A stretch of DNA of 64,000 nucleotides, taken from assembly GCA_965285935.1 (NCBI GenBank), contig OZ260661.1, positions 60,760,001 to 60,824,000 on the forward strand, in the 5' to 3' direction. A program made the translations under genes and the position numbers. Each line of letters starts with the position of its first letter. Position 1 is the first letter of the stretch. The notes under the pieces were generated by a model, which had not been told where the DNA came from, searched no databases, and saw only the letters and a list, made by a program, of their open reading frames with translations. This document shows, piece after piece, positions 1 to 12,498 of this stretch. Source of the DNA: Ophelia neglecta. Lineage: Eukaryota.

Positions 1-801
1 GTCCCTCTGTCCACTATCTGAACTGACCGCTGCAATTGGACTTAATTTTCTAACTGTCCAAGATCAAAGATGATTAACCCCCTACCGACGACACATTAAA
101 ACACAGGTATCCAATCCAGACAATTTGAATTTGCAGAGATTTCTTATTTTCTCTGATTCATCCAAAACACGTGTTTTAACATTTGAGTATGCCCAAACCT
201 GCAGTCTGACTTGTTTACTCATACGTGTTACTCATACCGGAAGTGAATCATACTCTTTTTATTACGTAATGCCTTCATTAAAACACAACTTCTTGTGCTA
301 GACAGGTATCGATCCGCATGCGAGCATTTGAAACACATCGTGTTTATCTCTCAAACCATCTTAATTGATTTTAAAGAGTATGTTTTTGCCCTTTTTATTG
401 TTCATAAATGAGCTTTAACGTGAATGTCGACTCGTCAATGATCTCTGTACAGTACAAAAGAACTGTCTGTTTTGTCACAGTAGTCCTCATTACCATCATA
501 TTATAGACATTAATCTTCGATGAGATCTTCACAACCCTTTCACCTGCATGTACGCACTATTGTCGTTTGTTATTTTGTGAAATATGGAGTTCAATAACTC
601 TGCAGACAAAGAATGAAAGAAGCGCCTGAAAGAAGCTTTGAGTAGATATACATTTTATTGTTCAGTGTCAGCTGCTCATCAGTATCACAATATTAATTAG
701 GAAAAAAAGGGCAACAGCCCTTTAGTAAGAATATTTTTCATAGTTATGAAGGATCGTGGGTAATAATGATGTGGCCATGCACTGGCCGATTTAGAAGGGG
801 T

Positions 802-905
802 GGGTTGGGAGGGGTGGGCTGGCGTAGGGTTGGGAGGGGTGGGCTGACGTAGGGTTGGGAGGGGTGGGCTGACGTAGGGTTGAGTGGGGTGGCGTGGGGG
901 GGGGG
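802..905 (+). repeat. 25-bp G-rich minisatellite (GGGTTGGGAGGGGTGGGCTGACGTA) x3 plus partial copy
   Basis: Units start at 802, 827 and 852, with a partial unit from 877 ending in a G run. Confidence 0.9.
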
Positions 906-3900
906 TGCGTACGAGCATGCAACACATTTTCTCTGTCTACAAGCTGTTAAGGGCGTGTGATGGGCATCCGTCCCCTCCCACATTACCCCCCCCCCCCCCC
1001 CCGAGATATCCATGGACCGTCCCAAAACCTCTAAATACTAGCAGAGTCCGTTTTTTAAATTTCTAGATCGCTCAGTCAATTACAAGCCCTTATGGCGAGC
1101 AGTTCTGGAATGAGGTAAGCATTCGACATGTGGCGAGGTGCATTGTATCCCTATTAATTTGTCTCCCTTCTTTGGAACTCTCAAAACTATTTCAAATATT
1201 CCACACAACCCATCTCATGATAAAGGTGGCATTGTTTCCTCTATATCAGCGCCCAATAAAAAAAAGAAAATGTTGGATGACTTGGGATCTACCGGAGGGA
1301 ATTAAAATACTATTTTGTTTTTCCTTCATAAAGAAAAAAAATGATTAATTGGCGCCCAATTTGTCTTTATCTATTTCTAGTTGTTTAGCATACTATCATA
1401 ATTTGGTGCGACGCCCTCGGATGTTTCTTCCAGTCTAGAAGGCCTCCTTTTTGTAGCTATGGGAGCGGATTGGATTGGAAATTCTTTGAACCATTTCTAT
1501 CTCACATAAAAATACATTGATTCGAGAAATGTGATGTTTCACAGCAGATAACATTTTGTTTTCTCCTTGTTTTTGACTGATAAGGACCCTCCCCTGATTG
1601 ATCACATCCGGGTCCCTAAAACCATGGAATTCTATTTCTCCATCTATTATAGATAAGTGCGTATTGATAGAAAGAATCCAGAGGAGCAAATGAGTCTAAG
1701 CAGCCTGGTCCTAAATTTCCAATATCCGATCAATATAAATTCACTCCTTTCGGCAGCCATGTCCATTGCCCCTGTATGAGGGAATCATAGACACAATTAT
1801 CACCGTAGGATTCAAAAAGAGGCTGCTGAAGAAGTCAAAGGTCACGAAATTCCGAGCACCCATGGAAAAATCTGTTCGAAGCAGATCCTCCAATATTTTT
1901 AATCTACTTCATTCTTCGGGAAAAAGTAATTGCTCTCGAAATTCAATATATGGAAGCAATCATAAAAGTTTAAAAAAATGGAATTCATATAAATAAAGTT
2001 TCTACCTATTCATTGAGCCACTAACTTTTTACTATACAACTGTATTTTCATTGAGAATAGAGATTTCTGATCCATATACCTAAATAGTTTTTATATAAAA
2101 GAGCTTAATAACATGCTATTTGAATCAATACGTAGGCCCACTGCGTGTTAATATAATCTTAGCAATATATGGAATATACCCAACACACAGACACTAAATT
2201 GACCATGTGGTGCTTAAATGTGGTGTTTAACCCCCAAATTTCAATCCAATCCCGGTAACCATTGGATGTTGTCGTCTGCTTGGCTGTTTGCCGCTGTTTT
2301 AAATCTGGCGGGCTCCATTACGTACACACGGTGTTTTACTCCAGGCTTACTAACCGTGTGAGAGAAATGGCCAAACGGAGACGCTCACTCGCGTTTAATT
2401 AAAATGAATCAATTTTACATTTCTTCCACGGTGAGGCGACGTCATTCGGTATCACAATCATGCCATTTCACATTACCTGTCCGCCATTCTCATTCAATTA
2501 GCGAGTGCATGGAGAATATTTAAAGACCGTTTTCTTCCAAGGGGTTAAACTCATTGACCTCTTAATGGTAACCGGGAGCAGGGTTCGGGTTGACCCCTGT
2601 TACACGCAATGTGGATTTCGTGTGTTTGATAAGCTTTTATGGGGCACTTTTGCACTCCTTGGAGGATTTAACATCGGGGGTAACACCCGGTTTTTGAGGG
2701 GGTCGGTTGGTGTCGACAGGGCAACACAAGGTCATAGATCATTGGAACTGTACGCGTGCATGTCATCGGTACACGCGCTCCCCCTTATCACTTTTTACCA
2801 CACACACGGTCGTCCAAATCTAACGAATTCTCTCCTAATTCGAGAGTCTTCATACTCTTTCGTGTCTCATTGAATGTGAACAGATTTCCCAATCAGCGGT
2901 CTCGTGTAAGATCTATACCAGCCATCTGTCTGGAATAGATTGAAAGAAATTCGATATCTAATCTCTTTTGTTTGTGTCAGGCTAGGGTTACCCGGGGTCG
3001 AAAGTGCCTTCTAACGACATCCATGTCGATCTCCCTACCACGGAGGGCCCCCATGCCAGAGGTGTTATTAAAGGAGCAAAAGTTGAACCCGCCAAGATTT
3101 ATTTTACCATTCTGTCATTTCGCTGAGATTTATGGGAAAACTTCGCCCGCTGTGGTTGGCCTGCTGAGAATGTGTGCCGGTGATAGGGAGCCTTCCTCCC
3201 GGCGCACTATCGGCGGCAGATACCGTCCATAATCATACTCGCAATATGCAATAAATTGGCCATAATGTCGGTAACATTGAGGATAAAGTGTCGATACAGG
3301 CTTGTATCGATAAAACACTGATGTTAAATGCCTTTTGACTGCCTCTAAGTGTGCTAACTTTGTTTAAACAATTATCCCTGGTTTGTTTTAGGTGTAGGGT
3401 AGGGGCAAAGGTTACATGCCTGATAGTGTGATAGCACGAGGACACCATTTCCCTTGTGTACATACATTTTTCTGCTTTACTAACACACGACAAAGAAATG
3501 CAGCACTTTTTGCACCGCTTTTTCGTTGTAAGTGTTTCATGGAATTTTAATACATGTATTATTGTCTTAGCTTTTCATACTAAAACTTGCATGAGTTAGA
3601 ATATATTTTTTTCAGAAAAAATCTTAATCATTGTATGAAGCAAAGCATGATTATCTGAATGCAAATTTAGTAAACTATTTATTATTTTGAGTTTAATTGC
3701 TTTTCATTTCTCATAAAAGCTCTACAGGCATATGTTCAACAGTATTAGAGGAAATGCTATATTATATATTAAATTAATGGCATCGGTTCATGGCAATTTA
3801 AATCTTTATTTGTCAATATTAAGCAGCAAGCTCAATACTAGAGCAAGCAGTATTTATTGCCGACAGCGGTGTAGAAGTTTTACTGTATGTGATGTGTTGT

Positions 3901-6900
3901 AAACGTGCCGAGGAAACGATACGGCACAAAGAGTAAATGTAGCCATATTTCTTCTGTCAGGGAGGGCCCAACCAGGTTAGAGCTATGTGTTCAGGCAGCC
4001 GACTCAAAGCAGATAGCACCGAGATTTTGCCATAGCGTTGCGTAATGGGAGCTCACAGCCGGAGCCTAATTGGGCTGGGCTGTCCTGAGTTTAGCCGAGA
4101 AAAAGCGAGCTATGGTACAGCACCTCCAGAATTCTCGATTTACATCGCCTGTTAAACATAGGAGGAAGGAAGGTCTTCTCGGTCGACTTATAACTGACAT
4201 TAACAGCGTTCTGTGCAGGTTTTAGATGAAGATTCGTTAAGGTGCCATTCCTAGGTAAGTTGAACGCCTGCTTCCTGCACTGGGAATTCAGTATTCGATT
4301 TTTCCCTGTAGGCACCATCTTGAATTTTATCCAGTCCAGCGTTCCTTTATACCGGCATGCCGCTGCATATTATTCTCTAAGTTGTTGTATTTTGAACATC
4401 CGGGATCCATGCCCGTTAACGAGGTAACATGTTGAAAATCTTATGTGAAATGGGCATGAAATGAAGCAGCATTGTTTGTCAATCGAATCGGTTCGTTCCC
4501 AGAATGCATATGGCGCATGGTGGTATTATAGTTTCATCAAATGTTCATGAGAATATTACAGCCTGGTGCAGTGTCTTGAACAATATAAATACCAGTTGTT
4601 TTATATTCAAACTGATCACGCTTTTATTCGATACAGGGTGTGCTACTAACATTAGTGAGATTGAAAATTTCTGCACAAATACGTTGCATGTCAAATAACA
4701 AATGGAAAGTCTCCGTGGGGTCAAAGGTCATGGTGCTGCCCTGGCTGTCGTCTGAGCAAATTGACTTGCAAAATTGTCGGCTGGTGCCTCGAAATCGAGA
4801 CATTGGCTTTCGAATCCGCGTGTTTATATGAGAACACAGCTCTGGGGAATTAAAACATGTAGGTCTGGAATTTAGGCAAATAAACTTATTTCAAACGGAA
4901 TAATTCAGCATATATATTGGTCTCTAGACACGCTTTCGTCCTACTATTTCAGACCTCTCTTCGTGTATAAAGCAAACCATGTCTAAGGTACCGGTATACA
5001 AATGCATGCATACATATTTTTCATTACATATTGATTTTTCTATATGATATGATTACTCGAGTTAAAATTCATTTAAAACATGTATTATTTGATGAGTTCA
5101 TTACTCGCTATACTTATAGGCCTACCCATTGACATGCACCTCCCTTCCACATATCTTTATGTGTCAATGTCCTAATGTATTTCAATTGTGATATTTATTT
5201 TTAATTGTTTATTTAACAGTTTCTCTATAAACATTGGGCCTATGCTATTGGCACTGTTTTAGAACCGGGTCTCTGCTGCAATGAATCAATACGATACACT
5301 TAAAATTTAAACACACTCAGTCTTTGTATGAAACAATAATATGCAAGTACACACAAAATTTTATAATGAAACAATAAAAGCAAAGATAGAAAATTAAAAT
5401 TCAAAGTTTGAAGTGGAAACCAAATTCAATGGATGGAAAATATATAGGCCTATATTACATATTTAAAGTTAATCTACACGGGAGAACGAATGAATAAAAT
5501 TAATACTGTATTATTAACATTTAATTTTTATCTACAAGTATCAAATTTCAGTTTTATTTTGAGTAAGAATGTGTTATTTGAAATTGTAAAAATAATGTTT
5601 CCCGAAATTTGACATTCGCCTTCCTCAGGGAAAAAGGAAAATAGATCGAAAATCAATACAATCCATGATTAAGAATTGTAGCAACCGTGAAGGCACACAT
5701 GACGTGAATGTGACATACACCTAGGAATAAGAAATGCGAAACTAAAGACCAAAAACCAAACAACAAACCTCCAAAAATCAATATATGGCTGCTATAGATT
5801 CTGATATTAAAAACAAATCTTAAAAAGTACATCAAATGGGAATATTTTTTACAGAAAAAAGGCACCAATGATTATTGATTGACTCAGTACCAATACATAA
5901 TGCAACACTTGTGTATATGTTTTATGTAACACACGCAAGTTTGAAATCAGAGCGAGAGCAACGACTCTAGTAAATTGTGCTAGATGTGAATCTATACATT
6001 GTGTAGGCTATCATTTGAAGAAAAATAACATGATTATCAGGTAGTTAGGTACTTTTTAAATCTAGTAAATCAACACCGGTTATTTACTTATTAAGGAATC
6101 CATGTACCTTATGTACAATATGCAATTATTTTAATTACATCGAAATCAAATGTCCTTTTTCTTGGTACTTAAAATCTGTAGGACCTGTGTGCTGTCAGTC
6201 TGTCTGGATTTGCCATTTGTCTAACGTCATACAGAGTTGCTATTAAACAATATTTGACACGGCCATAAATGATGCGCAGTATTTTGGTAGTTATTTTGGG
6301 CCTTAGGGTGATATTTACACTAGTATGAGGGGGAAGCATAAATGTAGAGTGTTCTTCCCTAACAGAAATTCACTTTGAGGCCCTGTCATTTAAGGATTAT
6401 TACATTGTAGTTAACTGGTTACCCTTTCGCGCCTTCGCTAAATATATTGGGTCAGATTGGGCAGGCGATAATAAGGCAAGTGCAACAGTTCTCATCTATC
6501 TCCCTTATTTCGTAATTTTCTAGCAATCTCGTGGCGCATTATTCTCTTAATTTCAGACATAGCAAGCACATTTGTTTTTATTAAGTAGAGAGACAGAATT
6601 TAGGCGCATGAGCGATATTTCGTTAATGCACATATCCACTTTAGAATAGCAATACCAAATTCAGGTCACGCCGCCATTTTTCTGTAATGGCGGTCGAAGG
6701 TGTTCAAAAATAGAGTACCCCACAAGATAATCAGAGGAAGTTTCGTCGATATTTCTTGCATTAAACATTAAGTTGAGCGTTAATAACGACACGATTGAAC
6801 GTGTATGAGATTGATCAGCTGTCTAGCTCATAGTTAATAAGAATAATACCCAGCCATTGAACAGAAAGGTTATTCGCAAAGCATTACCATTTTATCAGAA

Positions 6901-9900
6901 ACCACTTTCAAACGAAATATTTTTCTTGGAGACCGAGTCGGAAATCGATTTTTAGAGGAAAATTACTCCCGATTATGATTGATGATATCGCCAGCTGATA
7001 ATTGCATTTCTCTCTTAGCCGCCGTGTGTAAGTAATACCCAAATTTTCGAGTTAGGATCCGCTGCGCTTCGTTCATTTGACTTATCATTGTAGATATTTC
7101 TATTGCAATAACATCTTCACAAGTCTCCTTATTAATGGATTAAACACTGAATTTATTTTTGCAAATTATCGGAAACCAGAAAACAGAATATAAGCTTTGT
7201 TCGGCTTCAATATCCTTGAAATGCGTTCATGGCAATTTATATTAGAAAATGCAGATATTGGTGATAACTTTCGCCTCAACGATAAACTATCTGCATTGTC
7301 AAAATTATCACAGGCACCAGCTTTGGTGAATAGAGACAGGAAATTCAAATCGGTTAGATTATATTCTACAATTGTGCTTAATTCTGCTTCACGAGTTCTT
7401 TGTGTTGTGTCACTTGTTAAAATTGCCTTTTTTCGATAGCCTGACATAGAGAGTGATAAGTGCAGACCAGCTGCTGCCTTTATGGGAAAAAGTAACTAAT
7501 TTGAAATCAAGCTTTTGTTTATCTTCCCAAAGTGTTGCTGACACAATGCGTTGGGTGCACTACAATTTCGATACCAACCACACAGCTTGGGAAAATATCG
7601 ACTAGATACAAATCTGAGAAAAAGTGATTTTCCATTGAAGCTAACTGGTTTATTTCTTTGTGAAAGACCTAATCAAAAACAAATATTTTCTCATTGTTCG
7701 ATAGCAGTAAAAATATAAATGCGCCAAGTGTATTGTTCAGAATATTTTTGAGTCCTTTATGAAGCATTTTAACAAAAGAATTATTTTTCAAAATCCAAAT
7801 TCTTTCCAATTTAGTTAACGACAGAACACATACACCTTGGCATGAGCCAATCGCTTTTAAATTGTATCGACTTTTTCTTTATTTTTAGGCCATCATTGTC
7901 AACATTGCCTAGGAAAAAGTATTCCAATTTATTTGATTTATATCTCAGTGTTGAAAGATTGAGAACAAAATTCATTGAAACAAACTAAAAAATAAAACAG
8001 TATTATTATGAATATATATAATACGCTCTGGAATAATCAGTTTCATGTTTAATTAAGTCAGAATTTTTTTTTAATTCTTGATTCAGTCATTTACCGCATT
8101 AGGAATAAAGATGTGCTCAATGTAGAAGGTTTTTAGAAGCTTCTACCAATTGTAGGTTATATATTCATGTTGTATATTCAGAATTTTTTTTCGTGTAGCA
8201 GGCTGAACGCATATCATATAAGAGTAGGTCTCCTCAGGGCCTTTATGTGTGTGTCTGCATTACATTTTGCCAATATCCTCCATGTAGTGTGCAGCCACAG
8301 GCACGTACAAACCGCTAGCTCTGCACACATACCTACAGCTATGTCATCGAAGGGTAGTGACTAGCGATCTCTAACATGTAAAGCCTGCATGACCCGAATT
8401 GAAAACATCTCAAACCTTGCTGGCTCTACTGTACATGTTGGCAAGAGTTTTCGTCTCATCTGACTAGCTTGGCAGGCAAATAGAATAAAACAGACTGCAG
8501 TGCGAATGGTTTGAATTCTAAAGCCAGCTGGTTATTGCTAACAGACCAAGTAAGCTAAAAATTTGACAGGCAAACAATGCCACTTGCATGCTACAAATGA
8601 GATCCTTCCCTAGTAGGAGAAGTGGCTCATCAGTGACGAACGAAATGTTTAACTCTGTGGATAGAACCTGTTGTTGTTCTGTCTCGTTTCATGGTCACTG
8701 TTTTCCATTTCTCAATCTACTAGGGAGTCAGGGTATTTTCACCCATAATACCACAATCACTGCACAGTTTCTGGAAATGTCGTCCAAAAGGCTGAAATGT
8801 CCTTTTTCGAATCTTTTAAGTCGGGCAACAGTCGACCCGAGCTAAAGAACCCGGCCCACTCGGGTCTTATTAATCATAGATTGACAAGAAATCTCGCTGG
8901 AGAATTAAGTAGCGGGCAGATTTGGTGTGCCGGCAAAATGGATCGTTATTTAGAGAGGACACTTAGGAAAATAAAGTTAAAAACCGCTTGCCACAGTCAC
9001 TGTTGAATCGATACCGTCTCGGGTGATTCTACCACATTCAATTTTCACGGCTTCCCAATATTTCATGAAAAAGTGTATCCAGCTGGTTGCAAAAAATATT
9101 CTTGTTTTCATATTTTTGTGTGTGGGTGTGTGCAGTGTTGGAGTTCATTTTATAATCTAGCCTATTGGTGTATTTAATTAGTTGAAATTACACTGGGTTC
9201 ATACTATAATATCTCTACACGTATTTTTGTTTCGATCCGTCGATTAACCGTTTGATTTTAGTGGAACTTGATCGATGATATCCTGACTGTTTAAAAGGTT
9301 TCTTATAATTAATGTATCGTCTTGACCTAAGTGGCAACATGATATTTTCGATAAAATTCGTTGATTGCGATTAGGCTGAGTATTTTCTGATATCTGCAGG
9401 TTTCCGTGTGATGGAGTCTCCAATCCCCTATGCTCAGATAATCACGATTCTGTTTGCTGGCTTTTTGCTCTTGCCTCGATGAACTTTCTGTCAGCCGAGG
9501 CCACAAAAGAAAGAAATTCAGGCCAGTTTTGGTTGTGATTTGAGCTATGGCAGCGGTAGCAATGATGGGACTTGATAAATCTGACACTTCACTCAGAATT
9601 TTTCTCCATTTCGTCTTTGCCTGTTTTGTAGCTAGCTTGATGTGTGAAGTCGGTGGTATGATTTTGCTGTCCCATCCCATGATGGATGGGTTCCTCACAG
9701 AGAGATTTTCCTTTGGTGAATAAATAACGTCTTTTATCTGAACTAAATGAAAATTCTGGCCTATCTTTAATCTGTGCAGCTCTACAGTTGCTCATGTGCC
9801 GTTTGGTGCGGTTGATTTGAGGACAAGGGCAGGGAGAAAGCAGCGGGTTTGCTTCTCATTTTCCATACCTTCAATGGGGAATTCGCCGGCTAATTTCAAA

Positions 9901-10260
9901 ATGCACCTTAATTTGGCGGCCCTTTTCGCTGATTGCACTGAGCCGGTTCTATCAAATCATTCCCTTCGTCTGAGCACGGCGTGAGATGGAAAATTTGCAT
10001 GCAGCTCGCGTAGACTCCCTAGGAAAATCATCCCGGATTACAAGGCTGACTTACTTGGAATAAAACCACTGGAAACATTTAGTTCGACTCAAAGGCAGCT
10101 GTATTCTCCTATTGTCGAAGCTCCCGCGCTCCCCGCGGCTTTTCAGGTTGGCCTTTGCCTATTTCTATCATTTTGCCACAAGCCATTGGCTTGGTGGGCG
10201 AGCAGCGAGGCCGCAAAATATTTATCAAACCGAAAATGGATATAAGTTCTAATCGATCCG

Positions 10261-10274
10261 GTTGCTATGGCAAC
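10261..10274. promoter_or_regulatory. RFX X-box
   Basis: GTTGCTATGGCAAC, a near-perfect palindromic X-box in a locally GC-rich segment. Confidence 0.45.
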
Positions 10275-12321
10275 GCTCCTGGGGATTAGAGAAGTCACTT
10301 TAGCTAGTGTGTGTTGGCAGCCTGATCCAACCCCACGGCTGCTATCGGCTCTAGCTTGACCAGTGGCCTGATTGATCCTGGTCAGAGGGGTGGGGGTGGG
10401 GGGTAGGGGGTCGGGGAGGAGGGTCGGGGATTATATACATGTTGTCCCAGGGAAGTTCTCGAGAATGTGAAATTTGTTTACGTCTGACATCCCGGGGTGG
10501 GTGGGGGGGGGGGGGGTCTGGGGATCAAGCCCTAAACCCCTGTGATAGGGGCCCCTCCTTTTCCAAACACCTACATCCTCCTACGAACTGACCTGCCTAA
10601 CCGTCCAAGAATGCCCAACGGATGCTCTAAGCGGCAGCCTGAATATCTGTGACTCGCAAATAAATGAAAGCCTGATCGAAACAAGGCCTCGAGTTAACTT
10701 TGTTCACACCTCGAGTTGACAAGGCAGACAAATTTCAACAATTTGCTGACTAATGGTGCAAAGCCAGGGTTGCATGTTGCTGATAACATTGAAATAGGCA
10801 GAGAAATTACTTGTTTTATCGCCCCCTCTCATGCTCTACAGTGAGATGAAACTCCTCCATGATATTTGTATTTATCAAACATAGTCTCGTGTCAAATAGA
10901 GCCGTAGAATATCGAAATATCCATTTATATCATGTCATGGATGGTTGGTAGACAGGTCGATGAGATTAGGAGATAAATTGCGAGATCTACTCCGTGAATT
11001 ACCAATAGTCATTTGAGATAAATTTGTATGGGCATTAGCAATAATCAACCTGATACGATTCTGCTATCAGTGTATTTAAATATGCAGCTAAAAAAATCCA
11101 ACACACTTTGCACACAATAAATCAAATCGAAGCCGGAGGAGCATTTTTTTCTGTATCGAAAAAAAACAGTTAAAATGATAAGCTGTGGTAGATAGCGTTG
11201 GAGAGGCGTGGTTCAGTTGTGTATATAAATACTGGGTCACAAGGGTAATAGTTATAAGAGAAGTGGGCCAGTAAGCCGGGCAGTGTTGCCTCAGTGCAAT
11301 GTCATTAATATGAGCTACAAGCAGATGCGGGTAAACAGTGGGAGGGCTGGAGGCGGCCCTATGTATGTAGATGTAATAGAGGGACTACAAGACACCACGG
11401 CCTATCAATCATGCCCTGTTTACAATGTCCATTGGCCTGTGAGTGTTAGTAATCCTCGGGACTTATCCTCCCTACCTCAGGGGAGGCCTCAATCCCCGGC
11501 ACGAGTGCTGACCGATGGCCCGGCTGACCCGCCCCAAACCTCTCTAGCTTGCCAGATTCTACCCGACTGGCCCGGATTAATTTTCTCGCAGATAAGCCTT
11601 CTCTGGCACACGATTAAGTCCAAGCCAGGCCTTGATTCGGGTCACAGGGCCAATCACCTTGATATTAAGGCAGGCAAATTTGGTAAATGAAGAAAATAAA
11701 TTCTCATTGCTATCTGATTATGATAATTATGTGCAAATCTATGATTGATTCGAATGACCCCAGAATTCAATTTATCACACGTCAGAATAAGAAATTGACT
11801 AAATAGAAATGACGAATTTTCATTTATTTCCCAGTAAATGATGAAGTTTAAGATTGGAATAATACAAGTGGTCCTTCGAGGTTCATCCTGGACGCTTGTA
11901 CCTCTCTCATGTACTCTGAACTAGGGTAGTATTGTGTTTGATTTACACCAATAACACTCGATAAAACCAGGGCCCTGTGAATCACCTCTATAGTACAGTA
12001 TCACTGTAGATAACCTCGTACAGCGGTCCAGATCCAACAAACTAGCAGATAAACATCAGATTAATGCGCAACCTAAACATTTAGGTGACCGAACAACATC
12101 ATTTATTGGCAGGCAGTGTCTTAGTGGGTAGTGTATCGATTTGTCGATTACTGGCAGCCTTGCAGTATTTTACGGCTAATATTACTCACTGGGCCTATAG
12201 TGTTAATTCATAAATAATTTTAGAAAAGGCATTGACACTATGTAAACAATATGTTCACCATTTATAACTGAGTTGGGTGTTGTATGTGTTGTAGTGTTTA
12301 TTTTGTGTGGAGGTTATTTTT

Positions 12322-12498
12322 CACAGAATCCTGCCTTAAAGGCCCTCTATAATCAGACAACCTGTCAATTGAGACCACTAATATGAGGACCATGCTGTAT
12401 ACTTTCGATGTTTAATAACCTGTCTATACAGACCACCTCCGAAATCAGACCAGTTTTTTCCCAGTCCCTTTGGTGGTTTCACTTTACAACTTAATTGT
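12322..12498. mobile_element. Degenerate MITE-like non-autonomous DNA element relic
   Basis: Internal repeated modules CCTGTC-n5-AGACCAC and AATCAGAC, ending in CCCTTTGGTGGT. It resembles, from memory, short TIR elements common in marine invertebrate genomes. TIRs are too decayed to verify. Confidence 0.35.

Noticed and set aside
697-1066. Pro/Gly-rich ORFs at the window start
   Set aside because: Translations of the G-rich minisatellite and the poly-C tract.
1380-2800. Possible decayed transposon or MITE ends (also similar short motifs near 42095-42145 and a LINE-tail-like patch near 5160-5300)
   Set aside because: I could not identify RT or transposase motifs, matching TIRs or target-site duplications.
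11222-11690. TATA-like box followed by a 135-aa plus-strand ORF
   Set aside because: No recognisable protein similarity. ORF length is explained by locally higher GC; more likely an enhancer.
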